A DNA stretch of 64,000 bases from Candidatus Taylorbacteria bacterium RIFCSPHIGHO2_01_FULL_46_22b (GTDB taxonomy: Bacteria; Patescibacteriota; Minisyncoccia; Phycocordibacterales; DSPV01), in assembly GCA_001820875.1 (NCBI GenBank), contig MHRF01000004.1:17434-81433 (forward strand). Reading direction: 5' to 3'. Of the stretch, positions 39,521-48,586 are shown in pieces; position 1 is the stretch's first letter, and the number at the start of each line of letters is the position of its first letter. The notes beneath the pieces are model-generated. The model worked only from the letters and a program-made list of their open reading frames with translations. It was not told the DNA's origin and ran no database searches. A program made the position numbers and the translations under genes.

Positions 39521-40233
39521 TGTATTGAGTCAACAATTCTAAGGAGAGTATTCGCAATATGAATGATGTCAGCCGCCTCACGTGGATCGGTAAGATTCAC
39601 ATAGCGGTGGCTTGAGGGATTCTTGTAAGTACCTATCGCTCCAGAGAACAACTCCATACGAGCTTGCTGTTCAGCAGGATGTGCAGTTTTATCGACAAGC
39701 GGAGCAGAAGGAGGACCAAACGCTTTCCTCATGAGGTCAACACCAATCTCTTTTTCTGAGAGACCTGCCTTTGTTCGTACGCGTACCTCTACTTCCTTGA
39801 ACGCCTGAAAGATGGCAGTATCATAGTCACCTCTTATGAATGATTGTTTTACTTTCCTCACAAGGATAGAATCAAGACCATCTGATGGAAGTAAATATCC
39901 TTGCCGGTAGGTATCAAAATCTTGAGAGTCAAGTACTTTCTTGCCTCTGTGTGTTATAAACATCCAATCATTATTTCCTGGCTGTGGTGCAATAAAAAGT
40001 TCTTTTTCTAGCCACATCCATGCAACGGAAAAGCGTTCAAGAACCGATTGTCCTTGTTTATAGGATCCAGCCCAATCAACAAACTCTCTATCTGTACCTA
40101 ACAAGAAATTATGACGATTGAGTTTACCTTGTTCTGCCCTACCAAGATGTTTTAGGACAAGAGGAGCAAGTTCCTCCGGCTCCATCTCAAGGACAGCCTC
40201 TGGAAGTGGATATATTTCTGAATAAAGTGACAT
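39517..40233 (-). CDS. TIGR02391 / Hypoth_Ymh-family protein
   Basis: The C-terminal ~120 aa (LMRKAFGPPSAPLVDK...ELFSGAIGTYKNPSSHRYVNLTDPREAADIIHIANTLLRIVD) match the Hypoth_Ymh consensus. Confidence 0.6.
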   Translation of the reverse strand: MSLYSEIYPLPEAVLEMEPEELAPLVLKHLGRAEQGKLNRHNFLLGTDREFVDWAGSYKQGQSVLERFSVAWMWLEKELFIAPQPGNNDWMFITHRGKKVLDSQDFDTYRQGYLLPSDGLDSILVRKVKQSFIRGDYDTAIFQAFKEVEVRVRTKAGLSEKEIGVDLMRKAFGPPSAPLVDKTAHPAEQQARMELFSGAIGTYKNPSSHRYVNLTDPREAADIIHIANTLLRIVDSIQ

Positions 40234-40293
40234 TTTGGAATAATACCATTCTCTAGTATGTGGTGCCTTTCAAAATCCTAAATATCTTTGAAA

Positions 40294-40719
40294 TTACAAC
40301 CATCTAGCTACGCCCCCATGATGGGAACAGGTGCCGCGTCTGCTTTGGCTGAAGCTGTAGGTCCCATCTCGGCATTGCGCTGTCGCACCTGCTGGGATGG
40401 ATGGAGCGTAGGCTGGAGAATGTACGGTATTGCCTGCGCTATTGGTGTAGTAATTGTCGTTTGAAAGAGGTGTTTGTTCTGAAGGTTCTGGCTGATTCGG
40501 AGCGATCTGTTTTACCGGAACAGAAGGACTCGGTGCTACCTGACTTACTTGTGCTGTATTGAAGGAGTTTATTGCCGCCGTAGAGTCTTGAACTGACCTA
40601 GTTTGGCTACTTGAATCGCCAAAGGCTCCAAGGAGCACTATAAGCCCGAAAAACGCTATAGGTATGATATAACGCTTCTTTTGGTACCATTTCCTCGTTT
40701 TTCGATCCTGTGTAGCCAT
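40294..40719 (-). CDS. DUF3761 domain protein, membrane-anchored
   Basis: C-terminal CRDGTYSFSQSRRGTCSHHGGV is the DUF3761 signature. Confidence 0.7.
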   Translation of the reverse strand: MATQDRKTRKWYQKKRYIIPIAFFGLIVLLGAFGDSSSQTRSVQDSTAAINSFNTAQVSQVAPSPSVPVKQIAPNQPEPSEQTPLSNDNYYTNSAGNTVHSPAYAPSIPAGATAQCRDGTYSFSQSRRGTCSHHGGVARWL

Positions 40720-40795
40720 AATGCTTTTGCAAGCACCATACTAGGCATGGGGAGAGAAAAAGCAAGAACTCTTAGAGTGGAGATAAATCCTCCAA

Positions 40796-41878
40796 TTATT
40801 CAGAAAAGAAAGAATCGCTTATTTCATCGGCAATAAAACCTGAAAATCCACCCCCGCGCATTTCAATCCGAGTTGGAAACATTTCCAGAGAATCTTTGAT
40901 ATGTTTTGCAATTCGCTCTGCACTTTCAATAGTACTAGAAACTACTAGCAACTTATAGCCCATTGAAGGAAGAAGCTTTTTTAGATTTTGAAGTAAGAGC
41001 TGATCACCGGCTTTCCAGCCAATGACAAGAATCCGGTCTACTTGGGGTAAATCGATAAGAAGCCGCTGAATATGTTCGGGGTGACAGATATAACGATCTT
41101 TTCCAAGAAGAGGTATTGCAATGGCTGGAAGTTCAATGAAATCATTTCTTTCACTATGTTCTTTTAGCTCATCTTGGTGGTAAAGCCCAACATCTTTTTT
41201 CCGGTGTTCTTCTAAGAAATCAGGATTTTTTATACACCATGAAAAACCGTCAATTTCCTCCGGTGAAGTACCGTACTCTATATTGGATTTTCGGTGTATA
41301 TACGCCCAATCATGCGACCCGTGGAGTTTTATAATCTTTAGACCACCCTCTAAATAATCCCGCATCCTCTTGAATGTTCTATGTGGAATGCTCTGCTCAA
41401 ACAAACTATCGTAGTTGAATGTCGCAACAAGCGCTTTTCCGCTCGTATGGGTGTTTATGCGGTTTACAAGAGATTTGTAGTTATTGACCTGCCGCGCCTT
41501 CTGGAAATCTTCCTCGGAAAGCGGAGATAAACCCCTATTAGAAATTTCCTTGAAAAGTGCCTGTAAATAAAACTCCAGCGCAACGAAATGCACTCTCATC
41601 TGCTCAGAATGTTTTGTGCGCTCTTTTATTTCAGTAAGTACCTCTTCAAAGCCACGTTTCTTTTCTTTTACTTGAAGAAGTATGTCTGACAGGAGATCGC
41701 CAGCTCCGGGGTACTTTCCAAGTAACGTATGCAAGAGAAAGTGGTCCTCCACTAAGTCTTTCGTTAGAGGTCCAACTTTTGCTATCGGTGAATAATCGTA
41801 TGAAGCTCCAGCACCGAGGATAATAAGTGGGTAAGCCATTACATTGGCTATATTACTCCTTAGAGAATCTCCCGCCAA
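40796..41878 (-). CDS. SIR2_2-family protein (standalone SIR2-like, defense-associated family)
   Basis: LIILGAGASYD (the GAGxS motif), TFNYDSLFE (cf. TTNYDxLLE) and KLHGSHDW, as in ThsA/DSR-type SIR2 domains. Confidence 0.75.
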   Translation of the reverse strand: MAGDSLRSNIANVMAYPLIILGAGASYDYSPIAKVGPLTKDLVEDHFLLHTLLGKYPGAGDLLSDILLQVKEKKRGFEEVLTEIKERTKHSEQMRVHFVALEFYLQALFKEISNRGLSPLSEEDFQKARQVNNYKSLVNRINTHTSGKALVATFNYDSLFEQSIPHRTFKRMRDYLEGGLKIIKLHGSHDWAYIHRKSNIEYGTSPEEIDGFSWCIKNPDFLEEHRKKDVGLYHQDELKEHSERNDFIELPAIAIPLLGKDRYICHPEHIQRLLIDLPQVDRILVIGWKAGDQLLLQNLKKLLPSMGYKLLVVSSTIESAERIAKHIKDSLEMFPTRIEMRGGGFSGFIADEISDSFFSE

Positions 41879-41895
41879 GCATAAAAGCAGGACGA

Positions 41896-42093
41896 CTAAG
41901 TGACTAGGTTGAGAAAGTCCATCACCGCGGCCGGATCCTCGTTCTCGTCCAGCCGGCTCGCCACCCTCTTCAAAGCTTCCTGGTACTCTGGTTTCCGGAC
42001 CTTCGCCAGCAATTCCTCTATCTCCTCCATTGAGGGAACGTTCTGTTTTTGTATCAATTCTTGCATCTTTTTTACTCCGACATGTCTAGCCAA
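41896..42093 (-). CDS. Small acidic hypothetical protein (65 aa)
   Basis: ORF only. Coupled to the SIR2-like gene. Confidence 0.3.
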   Translation of the reverse strand: MARHVGVKKMQELIQKQNVPSMEEIEELLAKVRKPEYQEALKRVASRLDENEDPAAVMDFLNLVT

Positions 42094-42851
42094 TCCTGAA
42101 TCGCCTGGCGCGCCTCCGGAGACGGGTTCCGTCCCGCTTCGTTCACCCTCTCGCCGTCCTTCTTGAGCAATTCTCTCCGCTCGCTTGGACTGGGCTTTTC
42201 TAATTGCATTTTCTCTTTTGTAAGTTCTGGGTCGTATGTTGACATCTTATCCGTCATCTCTAGGTACTCCTTTACCCTCGCCCTTGATTCTGGGGAGTGG
42301 AGTCTCTCGGTATTCCGACGAGCTAACTCGCGGGATTCTGATTCCGTCATTCCGCCCTTGTACACCTTTTCGTTTTGTTCCACCTTTTTCGCTTCTTGAG
42401 GAAACACAAACCCAAAGTATTCATTTACTCTTCCTTTTTCAATTTGTTGTTCTTTTGGTATCACTCCTATCTCAATCAAAAAATGGTAGACTCCTATTTT
42501 CTCAAGGGGATGCCATTTTTTACTTACTATCTCAGATAACACACCCGAAACATTTCTCTTTTCTAAAATACATCGAGCAGTTTGTTTGCCCTTTGCCAAA
42601 ATGCCCGATCTAAATATACGTTGAGCCTTTCTCTCTTCATGCTCATGATGTAATCTCTCATTTTCCTTTTCTATCATCATCTTATAATGCTCTTGTGTAG
42701 AGAAATATGCCAAAGCTATACCGGTCCCAAAGACGATACCCATTTGCCAGTTTGTAATTGCCAAGGACAAAGAAATGACAGTAGCTATAGCAAGAGCGAT
42801 AAAGAAGATTACTTTTAGCGCCTTCCACATAACATTATCTTCTTGCACCAT
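42072..42851 (-). CDS. Hypothetical membrane protein with a charged coiled-coil C-terminus
   Basis: Two N-terminal TM helices followed by a K/E-rich region. Confidence 0.45.
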   Translation of the reverse strand: MVQEDNVMWKALKVIFFIALAIATVISLSLAITNWQMGIVFGTGIALAYFSTQEHYKMMIEKENERLHHEHEERKAQRIFRSGILAKGKQTARCILEKRNVSGVLSEIVSKKWHPLEKIGVYHFLIEIGVIPKEQQIEKGRVNEYFGFVFPQEAKKVEQNEKVYKGGMTESESRELARRNTERLHSPESRARVKEYLEMTDKMSTYDPELTKEKMQLEKPSPSERRELLKKDGERVNEAGRNPSPEARQAIQDWLDMSE

Positions 42852-43275
42852 GTCCCCAATTATCTTCGACCGGAACGTCTTTTTTTACCTTTGATACCCA
42901 CTCAGCATGAAGAAAACTCTCAGCAAAATAAAATAAAGTCATCAAGATCGTTATACGAGCCATTGAAGCTGTAAAACCGACTGCGCTTACTATAAAGGTC
43001 GCTTCGCTACGTCCAACGAGTAAAAAGATACTGACTAGAAAGAATATCCCACCTAGCAGAGCACACAACAGACCTTTCTTATAATATTTACCCTTCACCC
43101 AAGGAATATGAGAGAGGAGAATATCTAAAATAACCAGCACGCTTATACCGAGCGGGAGGGCTAGGATAATACCCACGGTATCATTGGGGGCGATTAGTAT
43201 TCCAAGTAACCAGATTGGAGCACTCCATGTCCAAACTTTTTTCCAAAGGATTTTCTTATTTTTCATGGGAGGCAT
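42835..43275 (-). CDS. Hypothetical polytopic membrane protein
   Basis: 146 aa with 4 TM helices. Confidence 0.45.
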   Translation of the reverse strand: MPPMKNKKILWKKVWTWSAPIWLLGILIAPNDTVGIILALPLGISVLVILDILLSHIPWVKGKYYKKGLLCALLGGIFFLVSIFLLVGRSEATFIVSAVGFTASMARITILMTLFYFAESFLHAEWVSKVKKDVPVEDNWGHGARR

Positions 43276-43374
43276 ATTACTGATAAACCCCCGCGATCAG
43301 GCAACAAAAAGCCCACCACGGGTAGTGGCTTGCGCCACTCATACCGGTTTCCCGATATGGCCAGATACAGCGAC

Positions 43375-43460
43375 CCCATGATGGGTTCTTTATGCTGTAT
43401 CTGGTCTTTTCGCCATGCCCGGACAAGGGTTTAGGCTACTTTCAATATTCAATTGTTACT
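43375..43460 (+). repeat. ~85-bp direct repeat copy A (about 80% identical to 46575-46650), flanking the DGR cassette
   Basis: Shared core ATGATGG..TGCTRTATCTGGTCTTTTCRCCATGCC..GGTTTAGG. Confidence 0.5.
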
Positions 43461-43765
43461 TCATAATAGCGCAAAAAGGGCTTCTGGTCACTTTCTTTAC
43501 GTTTAGAAATTGGGTGTTGCGAAGAGGTATTACCAACAATCGGAAAATCATTGACATATCGTCATAAATATGATAAGCTTAGTAAAAGTATAGGTCATTG
43601 TAATCCAAGGTTCAAAACTATGAGACGAGTCTCTTGGTGATCTCTGTGAGGTCTTCAAAATACTCGTCTCATACCAGAGCGAGTCCCAACCACCTGTTGG
43701 TGTCAACAAAACCCGCCTAAAGTCGAAAGACAAAGGCATCAGTACAGTACAGAAAGAGAAAAGTT

Positions 43766-44605
43766 ATGAATACAAACTCTGATCGCGGTATATTCGCTCT
43801 GAGTGTTTCAGAGCTCGGTCCGACATTGGGAGCGCTTCAAAAGCATGGTGTTACCGTGGCACATCTCGATATGCTCCGTGCCAACAACGGCGACAACGAC
43901 TACGCTAAACGGTTTGCCCAAGCTCTCACCCTCAAGGCCTTCGAAACTTCAACCGACACCCGCATCGCGCGGCTCGTCCTCGGCAAGTCATTTGTTGACG
44001 TCGCCGACTGGGTGACCCTCTACGGAGCTCGGTTCAGCAGGAAGGAAGTGCACCAGGCGCTCAAGTTCCCGTGGCACGAAGATATTCTGATGGGTCCTTG
44101 CCCCTTCAATCCGGGCAAGCTCGTCAAGGACACACACACCGCGTTTCTGGGGCTAGAGAAACTCAACGGCTCGCCGCTCAATGTCATGAAGTGGAACGAA
44201 CTGCACCCGAAGAAGGACGACCTCCAGCCTCGGATGTACTGCGACCCGAACCCCTGGTACGCAACCGAGAAACACACGACAGAAGTCCTGCTCCAACCCC
44301 GCTGGTACCTCATGCTCACCGAAATCGTCCCGGACTCATGGAACAAACTCCCTGAAGAGCAGGAACAAATGCTCCCCAAGGAGTACGAAATCCCGACGAC
44401 CGTCGCCGAAACCACGAAGGACCTCCTGGTTTTCCGAAAGACCGACATACGTCCTAACCCGACACGTTGGGCACGTTGCGCCGAGAAGACCTCGGTCGGC
44501 CTCCTCTCGTGCGTTGGCGTCTTCGACGAGTGTGGCCTCCTCGTCGACTTCTGGCTCGGCTACCGCCACGACTTTGTGGGCCTTGGTGCCTCCCGGAAGT
44601 TCTGA
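43766..44605 (+). CDS. DGR target (variable) protein with a C-terminal variable repeat
   Basis: The last ~35 codons are the VR, matched by the downstream TR except at TR adenines. No signal peptide. Confidence 0.8.
   Translation: MNTNSDRGIFALSVSELGPTLGALQKHGVTVAHLDMLRANNGDNDYAKRFAQALTLKAFETSTDTRIARLVLGKSFVDVADWVTLYGARFSRKEVHQALKFPWHEDILMGPCPFNPGKLVKDTHTAFLGLEKLNGSPLNVMKWNELHPKKDDLQPRMYCDPNPWYATEKHTTEVLLQPRWYLMLTEIVPDSWNKLPEEQEQMLPKEYEIPTTVAETTKDLLVFRKTDIRPNPTRWARCAEKTSVGLLSCVGVFDECGLLVDFWLGYRHDFVGLGASRKF
44490..44596 (+). repeat. DGR variable repeat (VR)
   Basis: 107-bp alignment to the TR with about 19 mismatches. Every mismatch is at a TR adenine, mostly in AAC codons. The 3' IMH-like GC-rich end is identical. 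Confidence 0.85.
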
Positions 44606-44645
44606 ACCTCGAACACTTGAGGGCTTGCCCCTCTTGATTCCCTTG

Positions 44646-44684
44646 AGCCCTCGCGCAAATTTTTTGCGAGGGCTCTTTTCTTTT
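44646..44684 (+). terminator. GC-rich hairpin plus T-run downstream of the VR
   Basis: AGCCCTCGC...GCGAGGGCT then CTTTTCTTTT. Could be a terminator or a DGR homing-enhancing hairpin. Confidence 0.55.
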
Positions 44685-44964
44685 ACATGCTACAATAATC
44701 GCATCCTGCTAATGCAGATTGGATTACGGTTCAATCTCGCGGGGTGTCTCACCTTTGAGATTCGCCAGAATGCCCTTGGTTTACGGATCAGGACAGCGTG
44801 CGAGGAAGGATGAAGATTTTACTTCTTGTTCGTTTCTAGCGGAGGTGTTTCCGAAAGGAAACTGCTCCCGAATAAAATTCAGGACTGAGAGGATATAGGT
44901 GGGCGAAAGCTTGCGGTAAACCTCAAGGTTCGGTGCCTTGGACGGAAGCGGACAACATTTCGCG

Positions 44965-45071
44965 ACTCGGACGGCAACCTCTCGTGCGTTGGCAACTTCG
45001 ACGAGAATGGCCTCAACGTCAACAACTGGAACGGCAACCGCAACGACAATGTGGGCCTTGGTGCCTCCCGG
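44965..45071 (+). repeat. DGR template repeat (TR), noncoding
   Basis: Adenine-rich (AAC)n-containing copy of the VR. The in-frame ORF across it is a translation artefact. Confidence 0.85.
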
Positions 45072-45122
45072 CAGTCATCTCTTCGCCGAGAAGAAGCCTG
45101 CCATGTGGCGGGCTTCTTTGTA

Positions 45123-45473
45123 TCATCGCTCTTTAGATGATCTTATCCATCCTCCGAGCATCCTGCCAATCTCATCAAGGCTCACCTCAATGGAGACGTA
45201 CCGCTTCCCGTCAATCGCTTTGACGTCCTTTGCAAGTCGGACGAACACACGCAAGAAGTTGAGTTTGAGACTCGTCTTCTCAAGAATAGGAACTTTCTCT
45301 GCTTTACCTATTTGGCTTGCCAATAGGATTCCCTCCAACACCTCAAGCAACAGCTCCTCGCATTTCTGCCAAACGGTGTAACGGTCCTGTTTGGGGATGC
45401 TAGAGCGATAGGTGTGGAAGGATTTGTATAGATCGTACGTTTTCTTGAAAATTGGGATGTCTAAATCATGCAT
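45123..45473 (-). CDS. avd: Accessory variability determinant (Avd, four-helix-bundle protein)
   Basis: 116 aa. The C-terminus EIGRMLGGWIRSSKER resembles BPP-1 bAvd VGRILGSWIARVNRK. Basic helical bundle. Confidence 0.75.
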   Translation of the reverse strand: MHDLDIPIFKKTYDLYKSFHTYRSSIPKQDRYTVWQKCEELLLEVLEGILLASQIGKAEKVPILEKTSLKLNFLRVFVRLAKDVKAIDGKRYVSIEVSLDEIGRMLGGWIRSSKER

Positions 45474-45478
45474 GGTAT

Positions 45479-46528
45479 ATGAAAATTTATAGGGACGTAT
45501 ATGCGCGAATGATCTCTCCAGAAAACCTCTTTCGGGCGTGGAAGGTATTCAAGGAGAATAAGCGCAACAAAGTGGATGTAATGGAATTTGAAATAAATCT
45601 TGAGAAAGAAATTTTCAAGTTGCACCGAGAACTGAAAGACAGGACGTACCACCACGGTCCTTATAGCGGGTTTTGGATTCGCGATCCGAAGTTGCGACGC
45701 ATACATAAAGCGACGGTACGCGACAGAGTTTTGCATCATGCGGTGTTTAGAATTCTCAACCCGATTTTTGAGCCAACATTCATTGCCAATTCGTTTTCGT
45801 GCCGCATCGGTAAAGGGACACATAAAGGGATGAGGAAGGTTGCCGAGATGATTCGCGCGAAAAGTGGTAACTACACACGGGAATGTTTTGCGTTGAAATG
45901 CGATATACGAAAATTCTTTGACTCTATCGATCACGATATTCTGCTCCGGATTCTTGAGAAGAAAGTTGTGGACAAGAGGATGCTGTGGCTCCTGCGCGAA
46001 ATCATCGAGAGCTTCACCGCGAGCAGACCGAACCTCTTTGACCGACATGGTGTACCCATCGGCAATCTGACGTCTCAAATATTTGCCAATATTTACATGA
46101 ACGAATTTGATCAGTTTATAAAACATGCCTTGCATGTAAAAGACTACGCAAGATACACGGACGACTTCGTGATTATTTCGAATGACAGAAAATATCTTGA
46201 GTACCTGCTTGAACCCATACGTGAATATCTTTCGCATACGTTGCACATTGAACTTCACCCGCACAAGATTCTGTTGCGAGAGTGTAAGCGTGGTATTGAT
46301 TTTTTGGGTTACGTTATATTGCCACATCATATTGTAGTGAGGAAGAAAACAAAGCAGAGAGTTCTCAGAAAACTACGGGAACGCGTCGCTCAATATCGAA
46401 ACGGAAATATCAAAGAAGAAACCCTCTGGGGATCGCTTAGCTCGTACCTAGGCGTTCTCTCTCATGCGGATGCCTACAAGTTGACAGAGGAGACACTAAA
46501 CAATTTCTGGTTTTGGCTGAAAGAGTGA
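45479..46528 (+). CDS. DGR reverse transcriptase
   Basis: RT motifs 1-7: RRIHKA, DIRKFFDSIDHD, VPIGNLTSQIFANIYMNEFD (the DGR-specific IGxxxSQ), YARYTDDFVII, KRGIDFLGY. No maturase or endonuclease domains. Confidence 0.9.
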   Translation: MKIYRDVYARMISPENLFRAWKVFKENKRNKVDVMEFEINLEKEIFKLHRELKDRTYHHGPYSGFWIRDPKLRRIHKATVRDRVLHHAVFRILNPIFEPTFIANSFSCRIGKGTHKGMRKVAEMIRAKSGNYTRECFALKCDIRKFFDSIDHDILLRILEKKVVDKRMLWLLREIIESFTASRPNLFDRHGVPIGNLTSQIFANIYMNEFDQFIKHALHVKDYARYTDDFVIISNDRKYLEYLLEPIREYLSHTLHIELHPHKILLRECKRGIDFLGYVILPHHIVVRKKTKQRVLRKLRERVAQYRNGNIKEETLWGSLSSYLGVLSHADAYKLTEETLNNFWFWLKE

Positions 46529-46574
46529 TATTCGAAATACAAAAACCCACCGAGGGAAGAGATTAGCATTTATC

Positions 46575-46650
46575 ACACCCTATGATGGATTTGTGCTATA
46601 TCTGGTCTTTTCACCATGCCAGCGACTTGCATCGCGGTTTAGGTCGTAGC
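46575..46650 (+). repeat. ~85-bp direct repeat copy B
   Basis: See copy A. Confidence 0.5.
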
Positions 46651-46689
46651 ATTATTCATTTGTAAACTCATTTTACCACAAAAGAGCTG

Positions 46690-47430
46690 ATGAAAAAAGA
46701 GCTGAAAACGAGTAGGGCGGAAGAAGTCTATCTTGATGCAATTGAACGGAAATCTTTCAAAACAGACTTAGATGCTTTCATGAAAAGATTCCGGGTCCCG
46801 AATCCCAAACTCCACACAGAGGAGAAAATAGAAGAATGGCTTTTGGGCATGTTTCAAGTGGCGTTGGAATACCGCTTCCCCTCTCCTTTTCTCAAACCAA
46901 GAAAAGACAATAAATATCCAAAAGCATCTGAATATATCCCAGCAAGAATTGCTTTTCTAAAGAAATATAGGTTCTCTGTGGACATGAACGGCAATGCTAT
47001 GGACGAAATCATAGGAGGAAAGGTCCCGGCATACACAAACGTTGATCTTGAAACCCCGATTGAACATGAGGAGAGAATAAACGGAAGACGTTCTTTGAAG
47101 ATTGTTGTTTATGCGGGAGCCACTCGGGAAGAGGTTCTCAACTACATCAAGCGATGGTGGAAATATCTGAGGAAACATCTGGAAGGAAGCCAGAAGGTAA
47201 AGAGGGTCCGGGTAAAAACCAAACGCAAAGAAGATGCATTGGCAGATTTCTACAGTCGGAAACCTGTTCGTGAACTTATGGTTATCTTGGGGGAAAAAGT
47301 AAAACCCGAATATAAAGCAACTCTGGTTGAGCGAATCCTGAACGAGATACATGGTTACCCCTCCAGAGATTATCTATCCCTCAATAGAGCTGTATACCGA
47401 AAAAGAGCACGAACTCTATCTGACAAATAA
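46690..47430 (+). CDS. Hypothetical protein (element-borne)
   Basis: 246 aa, basic. No recognised motif. Confidence 0.45.
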   Translation: MKKELKTSRAEEVYLDAIERKSFKTDLDAFMKRFRVPNPKLHTEEKIEEWLLGMFQVALEYRFPSPFLKPRKDNKYPKASEYIPARIAFLKKYRFSVDMNGNAMDEIIGGKVPAYTNVDLETPIEHEERINGRRSLKIVVYAGATREEVLNYIKRWWKYLRKHLEGSQKVKRVRVKTKRKEDALADFYSRKPVRELMVILGEKVKPEYKATLVERILNEIHGYPSRDYLSLNRAVYRKRARTLSDK

Positions 47431-47677
47431 GTAGGCCTATTTTATTGTCTTATACAACGTGGCTCTGAACCAATATCCTGGAAACACCAGGGTATTTTTA
47501 TGTCCAGAGCTGATACAAAATGCGGGGAGAAGTTTACAAGCGATCTAGCGTCGTTCTTTGACTTTCTTGCGCGTTTTGATTTTGAGGACAAACAAAAGGA
47601 GCAATCTGCACTGGGCTCCGGTCCTTTAGTTTCAGCTCCTAAGGGACCGGGGTCGAGTTCTGATTCTCAAACATATA

Positions 47678-48199
47678 ATGGAGCTGAAACTAAAACTTAG
47701 ATTCAAGAGGAATAACGGCTGGTTCTTTATTCACAACAGAGAGGCTGAAAGAATTGGCAATGCTTTTGGCGCTATTGGCTTAGCGGTGTATATTTTTCTT
47801 TGCAGGAGATCTGATCTCAAGACACAAAAGTGCCATCCAAGCCAAAAGAGAACTGGCAAAGATATACAAAAAAGTGCTAAGTGCGTCCAAAAATACATAA
47901 GACTTTTCCAAGAAGCTCGAATAATAGGTATTGAGAGAGGAAAACACGGAGGGAGGTGGCTAAATAACACCTATACCCTAATAGATATGAGCGAGTGGCT
48001 AATACCAGAGGAAATAAGTTCCTCTGGTAAGAGCAAAGACTCTCGATCTCCACCAGAGGAAAATAATGCCGCTAACCAAGGGCAATACATTCCCCGTAAG
48101 GAGACTCTAATAAATAAGGAAAACAATGTATGCAAAAAAGAAAATCAAGAGTTGATAGAAGGAAGAAGAAAACTAGCGCAAAAGTGGAGAACGTCCTAA
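47678..48199 (+). CDS. Hypothetical HTH / replication-organiser-like protein (weak)
   Basis: Possibly a winged-helix N-terminal region (FFIHNREAERIGNAFGAIGLAVY). Low confidence. Confidence 0.35.
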   Translation: MELKLKLRFKRNNGWFFIHNREAERIGNAFGAIGLAVYIFLCRRSDLKTQKCHPSQKRTGKDIQKSAKCVQKYIRLFQEARIIGIERGKHGGRWLNNTYTLIDMSEWLIPEEISSSGKSKDSRSPPEENNAANQGQYIPRKETLINKENNVCKKENQELIEGRRKLAQKWRTS

Positions 48200-48552
48200 A
48201 GAATCCTAGATGGGAACTCTTCTGCCGATACTATTCTGGAAATCCTGAAAGTATCGGGAACGCAACAAAGGCATATATGCTGGCATATAACCTTCCCCAA
48301 AATACCTATGGAACTGCCAACAAGAACGCATATCGGTTGATGGTAAATGAGGGTATTTTGAGGCGCATAGAAGAGCTCCAAGAGGTGTACATGAAAAAGG
48401 TTGATTTTGAGCTAGCGTTTGTCATTGGACAGAGAAAAAATCTTGCCGCAAAAGTTGCCGCTCTCAAGGAGTTCTACAGGAAATCTCCTAGGGTCAATGG
48501 GGGTATAAAAAAATCGCAGGAAGTCACTTTTCGATGGCTTGAGGATAAATAA
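48130..48552 (+). CDS. Terminase small subunit-like protein (Terminase_2/P27-like HTH)
   Basis: NPRWELFCRYYSG...NATKAYMLAY...RRIEELQ resembles the phage TerS N-terminal DNA-binding domain. The start codon is uncertain. Confidence 0.45.
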   Translation: MQKRKSRVDRRKKKTSAKVENVLKNPRWELFCRYYSGNPESIGNATKAYMLAYNLPQNTYGTANKNAYRLMVNEGILRRIEELQEVYMKKVDFELAFVIGQRKNLAAKVAALKEFYRKSPRVNGGIKKSQEVTFRWLEDK

Positions 48553-48586
48553 AAGCAATCTAAGATAAAAAGAGTAAAATAAATCT

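Noticed and set aside
44514-44813. 99-aa ORF overlapping the 3' end of the DGR target gene
   Set aside because: Out-of-frame shadow of the VR region and the downstream hairpin.
44938-45381. 147-aa ORF MDGSGQHFATRTATSRALATSTRMASTSTTGTATATT...
   Set aside because: It is the translation of the DGR template repeat, a noncoding adenine-rich copy of the VR, plus antisense avd. Not a gene.
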